Positions 25,451 to 34,949 of a stretch of DNA of 56,094 bases are shown piece after piece. Location of the stretch: positions 1-56,094 of the IMG/VR virus record IMGVR_UViG_3300033145_000771. One strand, given 5' to 3'. Origin of the DNA: a virus. Taxonomy: Duplodnaviria > Caudoviricetes. The notes under the pieces were generated by a model. The model did no database searches. It worked only from the letters and a program-made list of their open reading frames with translations, and had not been told where the DNA came from. The stretch's first letter is position 1. Each line of letters starts with the position of its first letter. A program made the position numbers and the translations under genes.

Positions 25451-26380
25451 TTAGAATCGATAGACGATATTTATACCAAGACAGTCGGCGTCGTTGGCAA
25501 ACTCCGCTTCAAGGCCCATCATCAAGGCTTTGCTCAAATGAAATTGCATACCTACGATGACGCCTACATCTTCTATGCTGAGTCTTGAATCTTCACGCAT
25601 GGATACAGTTCGTGTTTCAGAAGTACAAAGACCGTAACCATCTTCAGTTCTATCGTCGGTTATAGTATTTGAAACATCAACCCACGCTGTATAGTCTCCT
25701 CGCATAACATTGTAGCAAGGCCCGCCATAAACAACACACTGATTCGTCAGCCGATAAGTCGGTCCGACCAGGAATTTCAATTCATCGTATCTCATGTCCC
25801 ATTCCGCACAGTACACATTCAAAGGTGGTTCTGCATCTAAATCGAAATCAGCTTGCCATTGAGCTCCTATCCATCGGGCCGATGCACCTATGGTGAGTTT
25901 ATCTTTTTGGTAGAGATTCATTCTCAAACCGAATCCTCCCGCATATCCGGTGTCATGTTTCAAGTCACCGCTGGGATCGAGTTCTGAACCGCCGAGATAA
26001 ATATCTACACTCAAATCTTTAGTTACACCAATTCCCATTCGGCCAAGATATGAAGTAGTATTGAAACCTTTAGACTTGAATTTGAACTTCGTAGTTTCAG
26101 TTGGCAAAGTTGTAATTTCAGTCGTTGTTTCTTCGGAGTCGGGAACATAAAGACCATATTTAGTCATACCGCCTTGATATGTCATAGTTTCTGTAAATTC
26201 AACTTGACCGCTTAATGTTAATTTCCCAGTCGTATCAAAATCGTCAAGCTTGAATTCTGAAAAACCAAAACCATACTCAAACTGGCCTTGCTTCAAATCT
26301 GCCATAGGCGGACCCATGACTGCTATTGCTGTTGAACTGAATAATGCTACCAACATTATTGTTGTCATTAACCATTTCAT
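25451..26380 (-). CDS. Putative outer-membrane beta-barrel protein
   Basis: Signal peptide; amphipathic strands; terminal GINIVYRF. Confidence 0.7.
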   Translation of the reverse strand: MKWLMTTIMLVALFSSTAIAVMGPPMADLKQGQFEYGFGFSEFKLDDFDTTGKLTLSGQVEFTETMTYQGGMTKYGLYVPDSEETTTEITTLPTETTKFKFKSKGFNTTSYLGRMGIGVTKDLSVDIYLGGSELDPSGDLKHDTGYAGGFGLRMNLYQKDKLTIGASARWIGAQWQADFDLDAEPPLNVYCAEWDMRYDELKFLVGPTYRLTNQCVVYGGPCYNVMRGDYTAWVDVSNTITDDRTEDGYGLCTSETRTVSMREDSRLSIEDVGVIVGMQFHLSKALMMGLEAEFANDADCLGINIVYRF

Positions 26381-26535
26381 TTTTTTTCCTTAAATTTAAT
26401 TTCGGTTATTGTTTCGTACGTCAACATCTAACATGTTCTACAAGGCGAACGACACCTTTTTGTCTTCATTCTATTTTACCTCCTTTACGGGCTTTCATGC
26501 GCCGCATAGCATCAAACAATTAAGCTGTGCCATTT

Positions 26536-28221
26536 TTATTTTGCTCCCGGCTGCAGATTCTTAGGCAGTCGCCATCTTTGCCAGCCACATTTTGCCAACG
26601 CGCCTATTCTCTTGCTGGCATCCGCGAAAGACATTTCGGTAGTGTCAAATCCGGCCTTCTGGAGGCACTTGGCCTGCTTATAAGTACACGTACCCCCTTC
26701 ACGCCGCTTAATCATAACGTCAATGATCTGCGAGGCGTGAGAAAACGACAGGCCATCGGTAGGGACGCCGCTTTTTTCAAGATACGCAAGCTGTCTTTGA
26801 GACGGCGGCTTGCCTTTGTGCCAGGGTGCTTCTCTTACAGGGTCGATATCGAGTACGTTGAAGGGATTGATTTTCGCAGTCGAATACTTTGCCCTGAGCA
26901 GTAGGTGATCTCGGGCAATAGCATCTTCCCTGTCCCTGTGCCTTTTTGCTATCTCCCGCTCGGCCTTCTGCAGCTCAGTAGCGACATCGACAGGCATTTT
27001 GTTTTCGTCCGATTTCTTGGCGGCGTTTTCATTCGCAAGCTCCACGACTTCATCGGAATAATTACCACCGAGGATATCGGCCGGACATATCAGTTTATGC
27101 CTACCAGCGTTGCCCACAAAGTCCAAAATTGTCGCAAAGGGCTTTGCACTATTCATTATAGCCTCTCTGCGTGCCTCCACGGAATCATATTGGTCGATAT
27201 CTATTTCTGTTAGTACGCGGCCAGCCCTGCCCACCATCTGCGTGTAGAGACTTCTACTCTTCGTTGGCCTGGCGAGAACAACGGCCATGATCGAGGGATC
27301 ATCGTAACCCTCAGTAAAGCAAGAAACATTAACAAGATACTGGAATTTATTCCTGGCGTAATCCGTAACGATAATTCGTCGCAACTCTTTTGGTGTGGCG
27401 CCACAAACGAATCGTGCGGAGTCTCTTTTGTGTCGATTGATAATCTCTGTCAGTCTTTCAGCTTGGGCCACGGACGCTGCGAATACCAATGTCTTTTTGT
27501 CGTCGGTCAACTGCACGGTCGGGTCCGCTATGCCGTGCAGATTTTCCTCGAATTCGAGCACCGCAGCCAGATCCTTGCCGTTCAAGTCACCGGCGGTCGT
27601 CTTGACATTCGAGTAATCCAGCCCTTCTACGAAAACGCTCTGCTGCTCGAACGGGGTAAGCCAGCCATCACTGATACCATCTTTGATGTCATACTCATAA
27701 GCCACTTCTTCAAATATCTGGCCCATCGCCTTCTTATCGTGTCTGTCAGGCGTCGCTGTCAAGCCGAGAACTTTCAGCTTGGGATTTTGTTTGTAATAGT
27801 CAATGACCTTTTTCCATGAAGTCGAGACTCCGTGATGCGCTTCGTCTGCTATCAAAAGTGAAAATTCATTCGGATCGAACCTGGTCATGCGCCCGCCGTT
27901 CCTGCCTGCGATTTGCGTCTGAACAGTGGACACTACGATATCGGATTTGAAAGAATCGAACGCCGTTGCCCACTGGCTCCCCATCTCGATATCACCGACA
28001 CAGCCGGTAACTCTTTCGATTTTATCCTGCGCCTGTGTTATCAATTCTTCTCGATGGGCAATCACCATAATCCGACCGGATTCCTGAAAATGCTTTACGA
28101 GGTGGGCCGCTATAATAGTTTTTCCCAACGAAGTTGCAAGGACACACAAAGCGGTATCGTTCTTTTCAAAAGCCTTGAGTACACAGTCGTATGCTTCCTT
28201 TTGATAAGAACGCATAATCAT
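26536..28221 (-). CDS. SF2 DEAH-box helicase
   Basis: RSYQ, LGKT, DEAHH, GLTATP, TEGYDDP, QMVGRAGR. Confidence 0.95.
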   Translation of the reverse strand: MIMRSYQKEAYDCVLKAFEKNDTALCVLATSLGKTIIAAHLVKHFQESGRIMVIAHREELITQAQDKIERVTGCVGDIEMGSQWATAFDSFKSDIVVSTVQTQIAGRNGGRMTRFDPNEFSLLIADEAHHGVSTSWKKVIDYYKQNPKLKVLGLTATPDRHDKKAMGQIFEEVAYEYDIKDGISDGWLTPFEQQSVFVEGLDYSNVKTTAGDLNGKDLAAVLEFEENLHGIADPTVQLTDDKKTLVFAASVAQAERLTEIINRHKRDSARFVCGATPKELRRIIVTDYARNKFQYLVNVSCFTEGYDDPSIMAVVLARPTKSRSLYTQMVGRAGRVLTEIDIDQYDSVEARREAIMNSAKPFATILDFVGNAGRHKLICPADILGGNYSDEVVELANENAAKKSDENKMPVDVATELQKAEREIAKRHRDREDAIARDHLLLRAKYSTAKINPFNVLDIDPVREAPWHKGKPPSQRQLAYLEKSGVPTDGLSFSHASQIIDVMIKRREGGTCTYKQAKCLQKAGFDTTEMSFADASKRIGALAKCGWQRWRLPKNLQPGAK

Positions 28222-28433
28222 TTGTCATTCTCCTTTAGGGCTTGTCTACCTTTTGCAGTTATCGTAAAATACTCATCGGGAGCCCATGTCCCTTTTTTGC
28301 CCTCTGATATCATCAATCCCTGAGATACAAGAGCTTGCATATCGGCAGAATCGCCACAGTAATAGTTACTTGCCGCTCTGTATAATGTGTGGCTAAGTAT
28401 CTCTCGTTGACTTTTTGATATTGCCATTGTCAT
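28218..28433 (-). CDS. Hypothetical protein
   Basis: AAGGAG RBS. Confidence 0.65.
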   Translation of the reverse strand: MTMAISKSQREILSHTLYRAASNYYCGDSADMQALVSQGLMISEGKKGTWAPDEYFTITAKGRQALKENDK

Positions 28434-28761
28434 TCTCCTTGATAGAAGGATCTATCTTTGAGGTTGCTATCCAAGTTGCAGAATAGGTAGGAACCATTTC
28501 ACCAGACACTTCATACTCTTCGATACCATCTTTTGTCTGTACACGTACTGTCGTAGTTTCCCCTTTCAGTAAATCGTAATCTCCGGCGTCAATCCTCTCA
28601 GCCCTAAGTCTTGCCGCTTCTTCCACCGTATGAGCATATACTTCCGTCCATTCGTCCTCTTCAAAAGTAGGTACATTAGTTTTCCATAACGGCGGACACT
28701 TATGATCGCCGCGAGAAAACATAAAGCCTTTACATTTTGGACACCAATTACCCATTGTCAT
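28393..28761 (-). CDS. Hypothetical protein
   Basis: AAGGAG RBS; C-x2-C...H-x-C. Confidence 0.65.
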   Translation of the reverse strand: MTMGNWCPKCKGFMFSRGDHKCPPLWKTNVPTFEEDEWTEVYAHTVEEAARLRAERIDAGDYDLLKGETTTVRVQTKDGIEEYEVSGEMVPTYSATWIATSKIDPSIKENDNGNIKKSTRDT

Positions 28762-28942
28762 TCTCCTTGCGTTGCATTTCTACGAGTTCCTGTTGTTCTC
28801 GTCGGCGTTCTTCTTCTCGTTGGTGTTCTTGTCGTTCATATTCTTCTGGGTTTGCATCGTAAGCGGCTTGTTTTTCTCGTATTCCCCTGATTACTCCGGG
28901 CGTCATAATGCAATTGAGATATTCAGGTCTACTCATCGTCAT
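28748..28942 (-). CDS. Hypothetical protein
   Basis: AAGGAG RBS. Confidence 0.6.
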   Translation of the reverse strand: MTMSRPEYLNCIMTPGVIRGIREKQAAYDANPEEYERQEHQREEERRREQQELVEMQRKENDNG

Positions 28943-28948
28943 TCTCCT

Positions 28949-29266
28949 TTAGGACTTAGGATATTCTCCTTTTAGTAAATCTCTGCCTATTTGTTCGTGG
29001 TCGTCCAACAGTAGAAGTAATTTGCTATTCGCTTCGTCCCAATTTTCTACTGGAATGTATGTTTCAAATATTTCATTATACGCATCTTTCATCTTGGCGT
29101 TCTCGTCTTCGAGGTCATTATATTCCAGTTGTAGTTCACAGAGTTCGGCAACAGCCTCATTATATTTCTTTTTGAGGTCCTCGTTCTCGGGGTAAACCTT
29201 CATAAAACTGTCCAAGTTTCTCTGGCTTAGTTTTTCTGCTTTTGTTGAGTCTTTAGCCATTGTCAT
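28949..29266 (-). CDS. Hypothetical coiled-coil protein
   Basis: AGGAG RBS. Confidence 0.65.
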   Translation of the reverse strand: MTMAKDSTKAEKLSQRNLDSFMKVYPENEDLKKKYNEAVAELCELQLEYNDLEDENAKMKDAYNEIFETYIPVENWDEANSKLLLLLDDHEQIGRDLLKGEYPKS

Positions 29267-29324
29267 TCTCCTATCAAAAAGCGGCGGCCGCCATCCCTGG
29301 CTTGAGAAGGCAATCTGGCGTAGG

Positions 29325-29870
29325 TTAAGGCATTTGGCTTCCTGCCGACCTGCCTACAGGTTCTGCCGCCGTAAGTTTCATATAATCATTTGGGAAGTTT
29401 ATTAAAGCAAATTCACCGAAGAACTCTATTGCTGCTTTGTCGTAGGCTTTAGCAGCTTCTTCCTCAGTTGCCCGAGTACCGAGATGCGTCATTTTGCCCT
29501 GGAACTTAATTCTTGCCTCCCACCCTTTTCCTGTTCTGCCCGGCCTTATCCCCTTAAATCTGGACGCCTTGGTTTTCCATGGATGAGAGTTCATCGCATT
29601 TTCCCCCTTCGAACATGCCCTGATGTTGGATTTGCGGTTATTGAGTCCATTATGGTCCCGGTGGTCTGTTGATATGCCATCTTTGGGTTGCAAGCCGAGA
29701 ATCTCGCGGTGCATATAAAAATATAATGTCTTTTTCCCTACCCTCTTACTCCTGATAGCATAAAAAGTGTATGGGGTTTTTAGTACACGCCACTTGTACT
29801 GGTTTATTCGCTCATAATCCTCATCATCAACCACTGCAACTTTGCCTTGCGTTAGTGGAATTGTTTTCAT
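29325..29870 (-). CDS. HNH + AP2 endonuclease
   Basis: IPLTQGK.A.VDDED, MHREIL, DHRDHNGLNNRKSN, WEARI..HLG...EAAKAYD. Confidence 0.9.
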   Translation of the reverse strand: MKTIPLTQGKVAVVDDEDYERINQYKWRVLKTPYTFYAIRSKRVGKKTLYFYMHREILGLQPKDGISTDHRDHNGLNNRKSNIRACSKGENAMNSHPWKTKASRFKGIRPGRTGKGWEARIKFQGKMTHLGTRATEEEAAKAYDKAAIEFFGEFALINFPNDYMKLTAAEPVGRSAGSQMP

Positions 29871-30781
29871 TTGAACTCCTTTGGAGTAGCCTTGAAAGTG
29901 ATCTCATTGACCCATCCGCACCCGTCACAGGCCCGGCATTCTGCGTTATTCTCATCAGCTTGGCAATAGCCACAGACAGCAAAAGGCATAGCGAACTTGA
30001 ATATCCTCTTGACGTTCCCGATCTGTGCTGTCAGGTTCTCGATCTTGATGTACCTATAGAACAGGTCACCCTTTTCCTTTCCCTCCCGAACAGTCCTGAG
30101 CTGGTCGTTGAGCTGCTTAATCATCGCCCTGTATTCGTTGGCCCGCTCGAAATACTTGATAAGGTGTTTGGGCACCTGTTTGCCTGTCGCATCGAGGACT
30201 TTTTTCTCCGGAACGGTAACTTCGCATTCGCCATCGCCTCGCCTGACTGTTCGGGTTTTTGCCCGAGAAAGTTGATTATTGGGCTTAGAATCAGGTTTGA
30301 GGTATGAACTGTTCATACCTCGATTTTCTCCGGAAGTATCCTGTTTTTTTAAGTCAGCCTGAATCTTGAATACATACCTCTCGGTACATCCGACATGGTC
30401 TGCAATCCCCCTCGCCGACATTGTCGCCCATTCCTCATCCTTCAAAATCTTCTCGATAATGCCCTTGGCTGTACCGGGCTGGCGTGGGAAGGCGTTCGTC
30501 TTGTTCGCCGCGAACGAAAAGAATATGGCGTCTCGCCGAGTGCCTTTTTCGACGGTGGCCGAGATGTACTTCTTTCCGAGCTTCAAGTGGGCGAAATAAC
30601 GATGATAACCGTCCCATAAGTATTTGTTATTGCCATCGGTTATGATGGATACAGATGGAAATTCAAAGCCCTCCTTTATCAGAGCCTTGTAGCGCTTCAT
30701 TGTATCGTCGTCAACTGGACGTTGCTGAGTTCCACCGTCAATTACTATGTCTTTTAAAGGAACTTCTTTTGTTGCTGCCAT
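29867..30781 (-). CDS. ParB/Srx-like domain protein with HTH and C-terminal Zn finger
   Basis: LWDGYHR, SARGIADHVGCT, C-x2-C pairs. Confidence 0.75.
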   Translation of the reverse strand: MAATKEVPLKDIVIDGGTQQRPVDDDTMKRYKALIKEGFEFPSVSIITDGNNKYLWDGYHRYFAHLKLGKKYISATVEKGTRRDAIFFSFAANKTNAFPRQPGTAKGIIEKILKDEEWATMSARGIADHVGCTERYVFKIQADLKKQDTSGENRGMNSSYLKPDSKPNNQLSRAKTRTVRRGDGECEVTVPEKKVLDATGKQVPKHLIKYFERANEYRAMIKQLNDQLRTVREGKEKGDLFYRYIKIENLTAQIGNVKRIFKFAMPFAVCGYCQADENNAECRACDGCGWVNEITFKATPKEFK

Positions 30782-30801
30782 CAGTGAATCCTTTCAGGTA
30801 G

Positions 30802-30894
30802 AAAAAAACCGATGCAGGGCTGAGAAGCACTATAGGGGGTTCTACAGAACGACCCTGCATCGGCTTTGTTTAGTATTGGTTTCGTGCTTCTCAT
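30802..30894 (-). promoter_or_regulatory. A-B-A'-B'-polyU leader (copy 2)
   Basis: TGAGAAGCAC/GTGCTTCTCA; CCGATGCAGGG/CCCTGCATCGG; T7. Confidence 0.65.
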
Positions 30895-30999
30895 GGCATT
30901 CTCTACTTCCATTATCGGCTACCTGTACCAGATAAGTCCAGTAAAATCCGGCCACAGGAATATTCCTTCACGCCTGCAGCCGGCCCGTCCGTCCGTGGC

Positions 31000-32319
31000 C
31001 TACTTTCCGTCCTTGAAAAGCTCGCCATCCTTGTCTGGAGCTACTACGCTGCCGTCTTCTATAATGAACCCCGTCTTTCCTTCCCCGGTTATCCTCTCGA
31101 TCCAAACCTGATAATCCTTTTCCTCGGCCATCTTGCAAACAGCTTCGAGATTGGCTTCGTCCAAGTCGTTTCCCTTCATCAAGATCACTTTCAGCTTGGG
31201 ATTCAGTGCCATTGAGATAGCCACAGCGATTTGAAGCTGCATTGATTCGTTCACCTGAGCAAGAGGTATGCCTTCAAAGAGGATGGTATCTTCCCCGACA
31301 GACAGGCCCTCGATAGGCATCTTCACCGCGGCCAATCTTTCCGCCTTCTTCGCTTCCAGGGTCTTTATCTCTTTGCCGAGAGTAGCGAATTCCTTGCTTT
31401 TGCCAGCCGATTTACTGACCAATTCCTTCTCGTGAACCTTCCGCCGAACATTATCGTTAATGGCTTCCGCATTTTGGATTTCCCCGTTGATCGATCCTAA
31501 ATCTATTAGCGGCTCCAGTGTTTCAGCCAATTTCACTTGGTCGGCTTGAGCCTTGATAAGCGCATCCTGTCCCTGCTTCTGCACTCTCTCCGCCTTCGCC
31601 AACTTTAGTCTCAAGTCTGCTATGAGCTGGAGGTTGTCGCTCAGGCTTTCTTTGAGGCGTTCGATTTCATCTTCCCCTGCGTCTATCGCCCGGGCAGTCT
31701 CGCCTTGTTTTTCGTTATGCCGTGTGGCTTCCGTCAGCTTCTCTGTCAACGCTGTCATTGACACCAGTTCCTCTGGCGTATCTTCCGGGACTTCAATCTT
31801 GCCGGCCTCGTAGTCGTAGGTTTCCTTCTCGGTCTTAACTGTGGAACGCTGCTGTTTGACTTTCGCTATATCTGCATTGATATCGTCGAAGTCCAGACCG
31901 ACCAGCTTCATCAGCGCGTGGAGCTGCTCACGCTGCTTCTTTACGTCCTTGCAGTCTTTGAAGAACGCCATCGGTTCGAAAGCGATTTCCCCGACCAGCT
32001 TATCGAGCAGGCCCTGCGGGGAAGACGCCTTCATGCCTTCGGCGTTCGATATCGTTACCGACCCACCGCCCTTGGCAGTGAAAGTGCGTTTGATGATGAA
32101 ATTATCAGTTTCAACAACAATCTCCGCTGATTTTTCTCCATCACGGATGGGCTTAGCCGGTGTACACTTCTTGCCACAAAAAGCGCTCATTACGGCATCT
32201 AACACGGAACTCTTCCCCGCTCCATTCTTCCCAGTTATGAGAATCGCATTCCCTTTGGGACTTATCTCGACAGCCCGCAATTTCATAAAGTTTTCTACAG
32301 TCAGCTTTATAATCTTCAT
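31000..32319 (-). CDS. SMC/RecN-like ATPase
   Basis: VENFM, GKNGAGKSS Walker A, long coiled coil. Confidence 0.85.
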   Translation of the reverse strand: MKIIKLTVENFMKLRAVEISPKGNAILITGKNGAGKSSVLDAVMSAFCGKKCTPAKPIRDGEKSAEIVVETDNFIIKRTFTAKGGGSVTISNAEGMKASSPQGLLDKLVGEIAFEPMAFFKDCKDVKKQREQLHALMKLVGLDFDDINADIAKVKQQRSTVKTEKETYDYEAGKIEVPEDTPEELVSMTALTEKLTEATRHNEKQGETARAIDAGEDEIERLKESLSDNLQLIADLRLKLAKAERVQKQGQDALIKAQADQVKLAETLEPLIDLGSINGEIQNAEAINDNVRRKVHEKELVSKSAGKSKEFATLGKEIKTLEAKKAERLAAVKMPIEGLSVGEDTILFEGIPLAQVNESMQLQIAVAISMALNPKLKVILMKGNDLDEANLEAVCKMAEEKDYQVWIERITGEGKTGFIIEDGSVVAPDKDGELFKDGK

Positions 32320-32341
32320 TTTCAATCCTTTCAGTTTGGGT

Positions 32342-32809
32342 TTAAGTTCTAAGTCTTGCGAAGACTTTGTTATCTTGGTCTCTTGCATTGGATACGTCAG
32401 AATAAAGCACTTTGCATTCCTTCCCGGTCAAGTCATCGGTGAACCAGAATTTATTGAAGTTCGGCAGGCTCGGTAAACAGTGAAGATGGGTGAAAGTATA
32501 GGGTAGAAACTTATGACCCTTTCTCCACACTCCGAGCCAACTATCGTGACTGTCCTGGTAATCTCTTACTATTTCCAAGTCCACGTACTCCGGATCCGGC
32601 TCCGGTTCCGGTTGGTAGTCGGGATTGATGCTGTAGACTAATTGTGGGGAATCAAACATCCAAGATCCCGATTTCCATTTTCCTGGACCACGGTATACCA
32701 CAACAGCCTTTTTCTTATTTACCTGCCTGAGACATTCCTGTTCTTCCAGCGACAATAAGCCGAAGGGCTTTTCGTTCTTTTTGAGTTTTTCAATCATTTC
32801 GTTATTCAT
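32342..32809 (-). CDS. Hypothetical protein
   Basis: AAGGAG RBS. Confidence 0.65.
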   Translation of the reverse strand: MNNEMIEKLKKNEKPFGLLSLEEQECLRQVNKKKAVVVYRGPGKWKSGSWMFDSPQLVYSINPDYQPEPEPDPEYVDLEIVRDYQDSHDSWLGVWRKGHKFLPYTFTHLHCLPSLPNFNKFWFTDDLTGKECKVLYSDVSNARDQDNKVFARLRT

Positions 32810-33042
32810 GGTTTCTCCTTACGAAGAATAAGATTAAGGGCTTCTTGGACAGTTTTGATGGACTCTGCTTCTTCATCTGTTATGCTAATATCAAACACGT
32901 CCTCACATTCCATAACCAATTCGACACAGTCAAGCGAATCCATAGTAAAATCTTCAGCGAGATTCTTATCAAGTGTGACTTCATGTATATCAATGCCAAA
33001 TTGCTCTGAGATAATAATTTTAAGGCGTTCTATCTCTTTCAT
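32806..33042 (-). CDS. acpP: Acyl carrier protein
   Basis: 78 aa, acidic; MDSLDCVELVMECEDVFDISITDEEAESIKTV. Confidence 0.9.
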   Translation of the reverse strand: MKEIERLKIIISEQFGIDIHEVTLDKNLAEDFTMDSLDCVELVMECEDVFDISITDEEAESIKTVQEALNLILRKEKP

Positions 33043-33069
33043 AGTTTCTCCTTTATTTGGGTTTACTTG

Positions 33070-33678
33070 TTATCCGAATAATCTTAACTGTCCCTTATTT
33101 GTCGCGTTCTTGCCTAAATTGCATCTCAGATGCGTTGCCTGCACATTTACTGGTGAATCGTTGCCGCCTCTACTGAGCGGAACGATATGGTCAATGCTCC
33201 CTGAGCGGGGATTCGGGTATTTCAGTCTTTTGTTTATCTTCCGTCCGCAAAGCTGGCAAATCCAACCATCACGTTCAAAAACATAATTGGTTGCATAGGG
33301 CTTATGTTTAACTCCACACCTGAAGGCTTTCCGTTTTCTGTCATGAAGCTTGCTTTGTTCTAAATGGGCTTTGCGATATTCCCTTGCACGTTTCTTACAT
33401 TTTTCGGCGTGTTTTTTATAAAAAGCTTTTCTGCGTATTTTTATCTTTTCGCTATTGGCTAACTGGTTTGCTTTAGCGGCTGCTTTCATCTTTTCTGAAT
33501 TAGCTTTGTAATAAGCTTTGCGAATAATCTTAAGGTGGACTGAATTCGCCAAATTATAAGCTTTATCGTATGCTTTCTGGCAAGATTTGCAGAAACTATT
33601 TAGGCCGTCCTTTTTAGTCTTGTTTTTGTGAAATTCCGACAATGGTTTGATTTCTTGACATTTCGAGCAAGTTTTCAT
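33070..33678 (-). CDS. HNH endonuclease with N-terminal Zn finger
   Basis: KTCSKC..KPLSEFH, ERDGWICQLC, SIDHIVPLSRGG, HLRCN. Confidence 0.9.
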   Translation of the reverse strand: MKTCSKCQEIKPLSEFHKNKTKKDGLNSFCKSCQKAYDKAYNLANSVHLKIIRKAYYKANSEKMKAAAKANQLANSEKIKIRRKAFYKKHAEKCKKRAREYRKAHLEQSKLHDRKRKAFRCGVKHKPYATNYVFERDGWICQLCGRKINKRLKYPNPRSGSIDHIVPLSRGGNDSPVNVQATHLRCNLGKNATNKGQLRLFG

Positions 33679-33682
33679 GTTA

Positions 33683-33817
33683 TCTCCAATAAAAAAGCCA
33701 ATCAGGTTGATACCAGCGCGGACAAAGTGCGTCCTCGAACTGACCTGATTGACTTTAGTATTCTTATTAACGCTGGTATCATACATATAAGATAAATCTT
33801 TTATTGGAGATCGTCAA
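33683..33817 (-). promoter_or_regulatory. Promoter + A-B-A'-B'-polyU leader (copy 3)
   Basis: TTGACG-17-TATCTT; TGATACCAGCG/CGCTGGTATCA; AAAGTCAATCAGGT/ACCTGATTGGCTTT. Confidence 0.65.
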
Positions 33818-34945
33818 CTATTTTTTTCCGAAATGTCCATCTAATTCTAAATCTTGCGAGGGTTTCAGCTTAGAGACACCTATATCTTGAAATTCGGTTG
33901 TAAAGCGTTCGGTAGGTTTTTTTTTGGTAAATACAACTTTACTACCTTCAATCGCTCCCCTACTCTTTACCCAGGCCGTGGCGGCCGCCTTCTGCCTTTT
34001 GAGCCACTCGGTAACTACCACAAGCCTGTCAACGTACGCTTTTGGATCGTCAGCTATTTCTTTCGCATCCATATCGGCCATCGGACAGAATCTAATCATA
34101 TCGCACCATGCGCAGCTCTGCGGCAAGGGCCACGGGTCTTTACAGTTCTTCATAAACAAGTCCACCGCGGACATTACTCTGCCTTGAATCGCTACCTCTG
34201 TTGTAAGCCCCGGCAATCGAGGGTGCTCCTCGGTTCTAACGAATTTCGCGTAGGCTTTAGTACCCCAAAGAGTTTCAAAGTACCAGAAGTGAACCGTATT
34301 GATTTCTTGGTACGGCTCCTGCCGGAACAGTAGCCATGAACCAAATTCCGCCTGAAAAGATTCAGCGGCTTCGGAGTTCGTCAGACGCTTAAAACCGGTC
34401 TTCCAATCCATCACATGAAGGTTGCCCTTCCCCGAACCGAGAAGGTCATATCTCATTGTTACTATGACCGCCGGTGTGGTTTCTGTTTCGGGAATAACGA
34501 CAAGCGAAACCTGATGCTCGACAGCAATCAAGTTGACGTGATATTCGCTTATTAGATCAGCTGCATGTCTGGCATGACGGATTGCCATCGGTTGTATGTT
34601 CGGCTTGATCTTGGGCAGGTTGTCTACGAACCATTCCGGAATGAGATGGAGATCATTCCGGCATTCTTCAAAAGCCCTTTTGAACAGATCGTGGATCTCT
34701 ACGCCACACTCGCTTAGACAGCCGTCTGTCGATTGCAAAGCAACGGCCTTCATCCGGTCTATTAACTCCGGGTCAGCTCCTTTGACACGTTCAACTTCCC
34801 ACGAAAACTGCTCCAGACCATTTGCTTTTGCCTTAATAGCATCCCATAACAATGTTAAATACGCCTGTCGGGGGCAAGTCGCGTATTGCTGTAGACGGGA
34901 TCGGTCCAATACGATTGGCTTTAACTTTAACTTATTTTCGTCCAT
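33818..34945 (-). CDS. PD-(D/E)XK exonuclease (RecB/Cas4-like)
   Basis: YATCPR, YDLL...MDWKTG, C-x2-C-x5-C. Confidence 0.75.
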   Translation of the reverse strand: MDENKLKLKPIVLDRSRLQQYATCPRQAYLTLLWDAIKAKANGLEQFSWEVERVKGADPELIDRMKAVALQSTDGCLSECGVEIHDLFKRAFEECRNDLHLIPEWFVDNLPKIKPNIQPMAIRHARHAADLISEYHVNLIAVEHQVSLVVIPETETTPAVIVTMRYDLLGSGKGNLHVMDWKTGFKRLTNSEAAESFQAEFGSWLLFRQEPYQEINTVHFWYFETLWGTKAYAKFVRTEEHPRLPGLTTEVAIQGRVMSAVDLFMKNCKDPWPLPQSCAWCDMIRFCPMADMDAKEIADDPKAYVDRLVVVTEWLKRQKAAATAWVKSRGAIEGSKVVFTKKKPTERFTTEFQDIGVSKLKPSQDLELDGHFGKK

Positions 34946-34949
34946 GTTA

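Larger units (their letters stand above)
28221..29272 (-). repeat. Five copies of gene-start motif AGGAGAATGAC(A/G)A
   Basis: Near 28222, 28426, 28753, 28934, 29259. Confidence 0.8.

Noticed and set aside
29771-32476. Long plus-strand ORFs (29771-30307, 31553-31813, 31841-32476) as more antisense genes
   Set aside because: No recognisable motifs, RBS or promoter, unlike the three antisense nucleases
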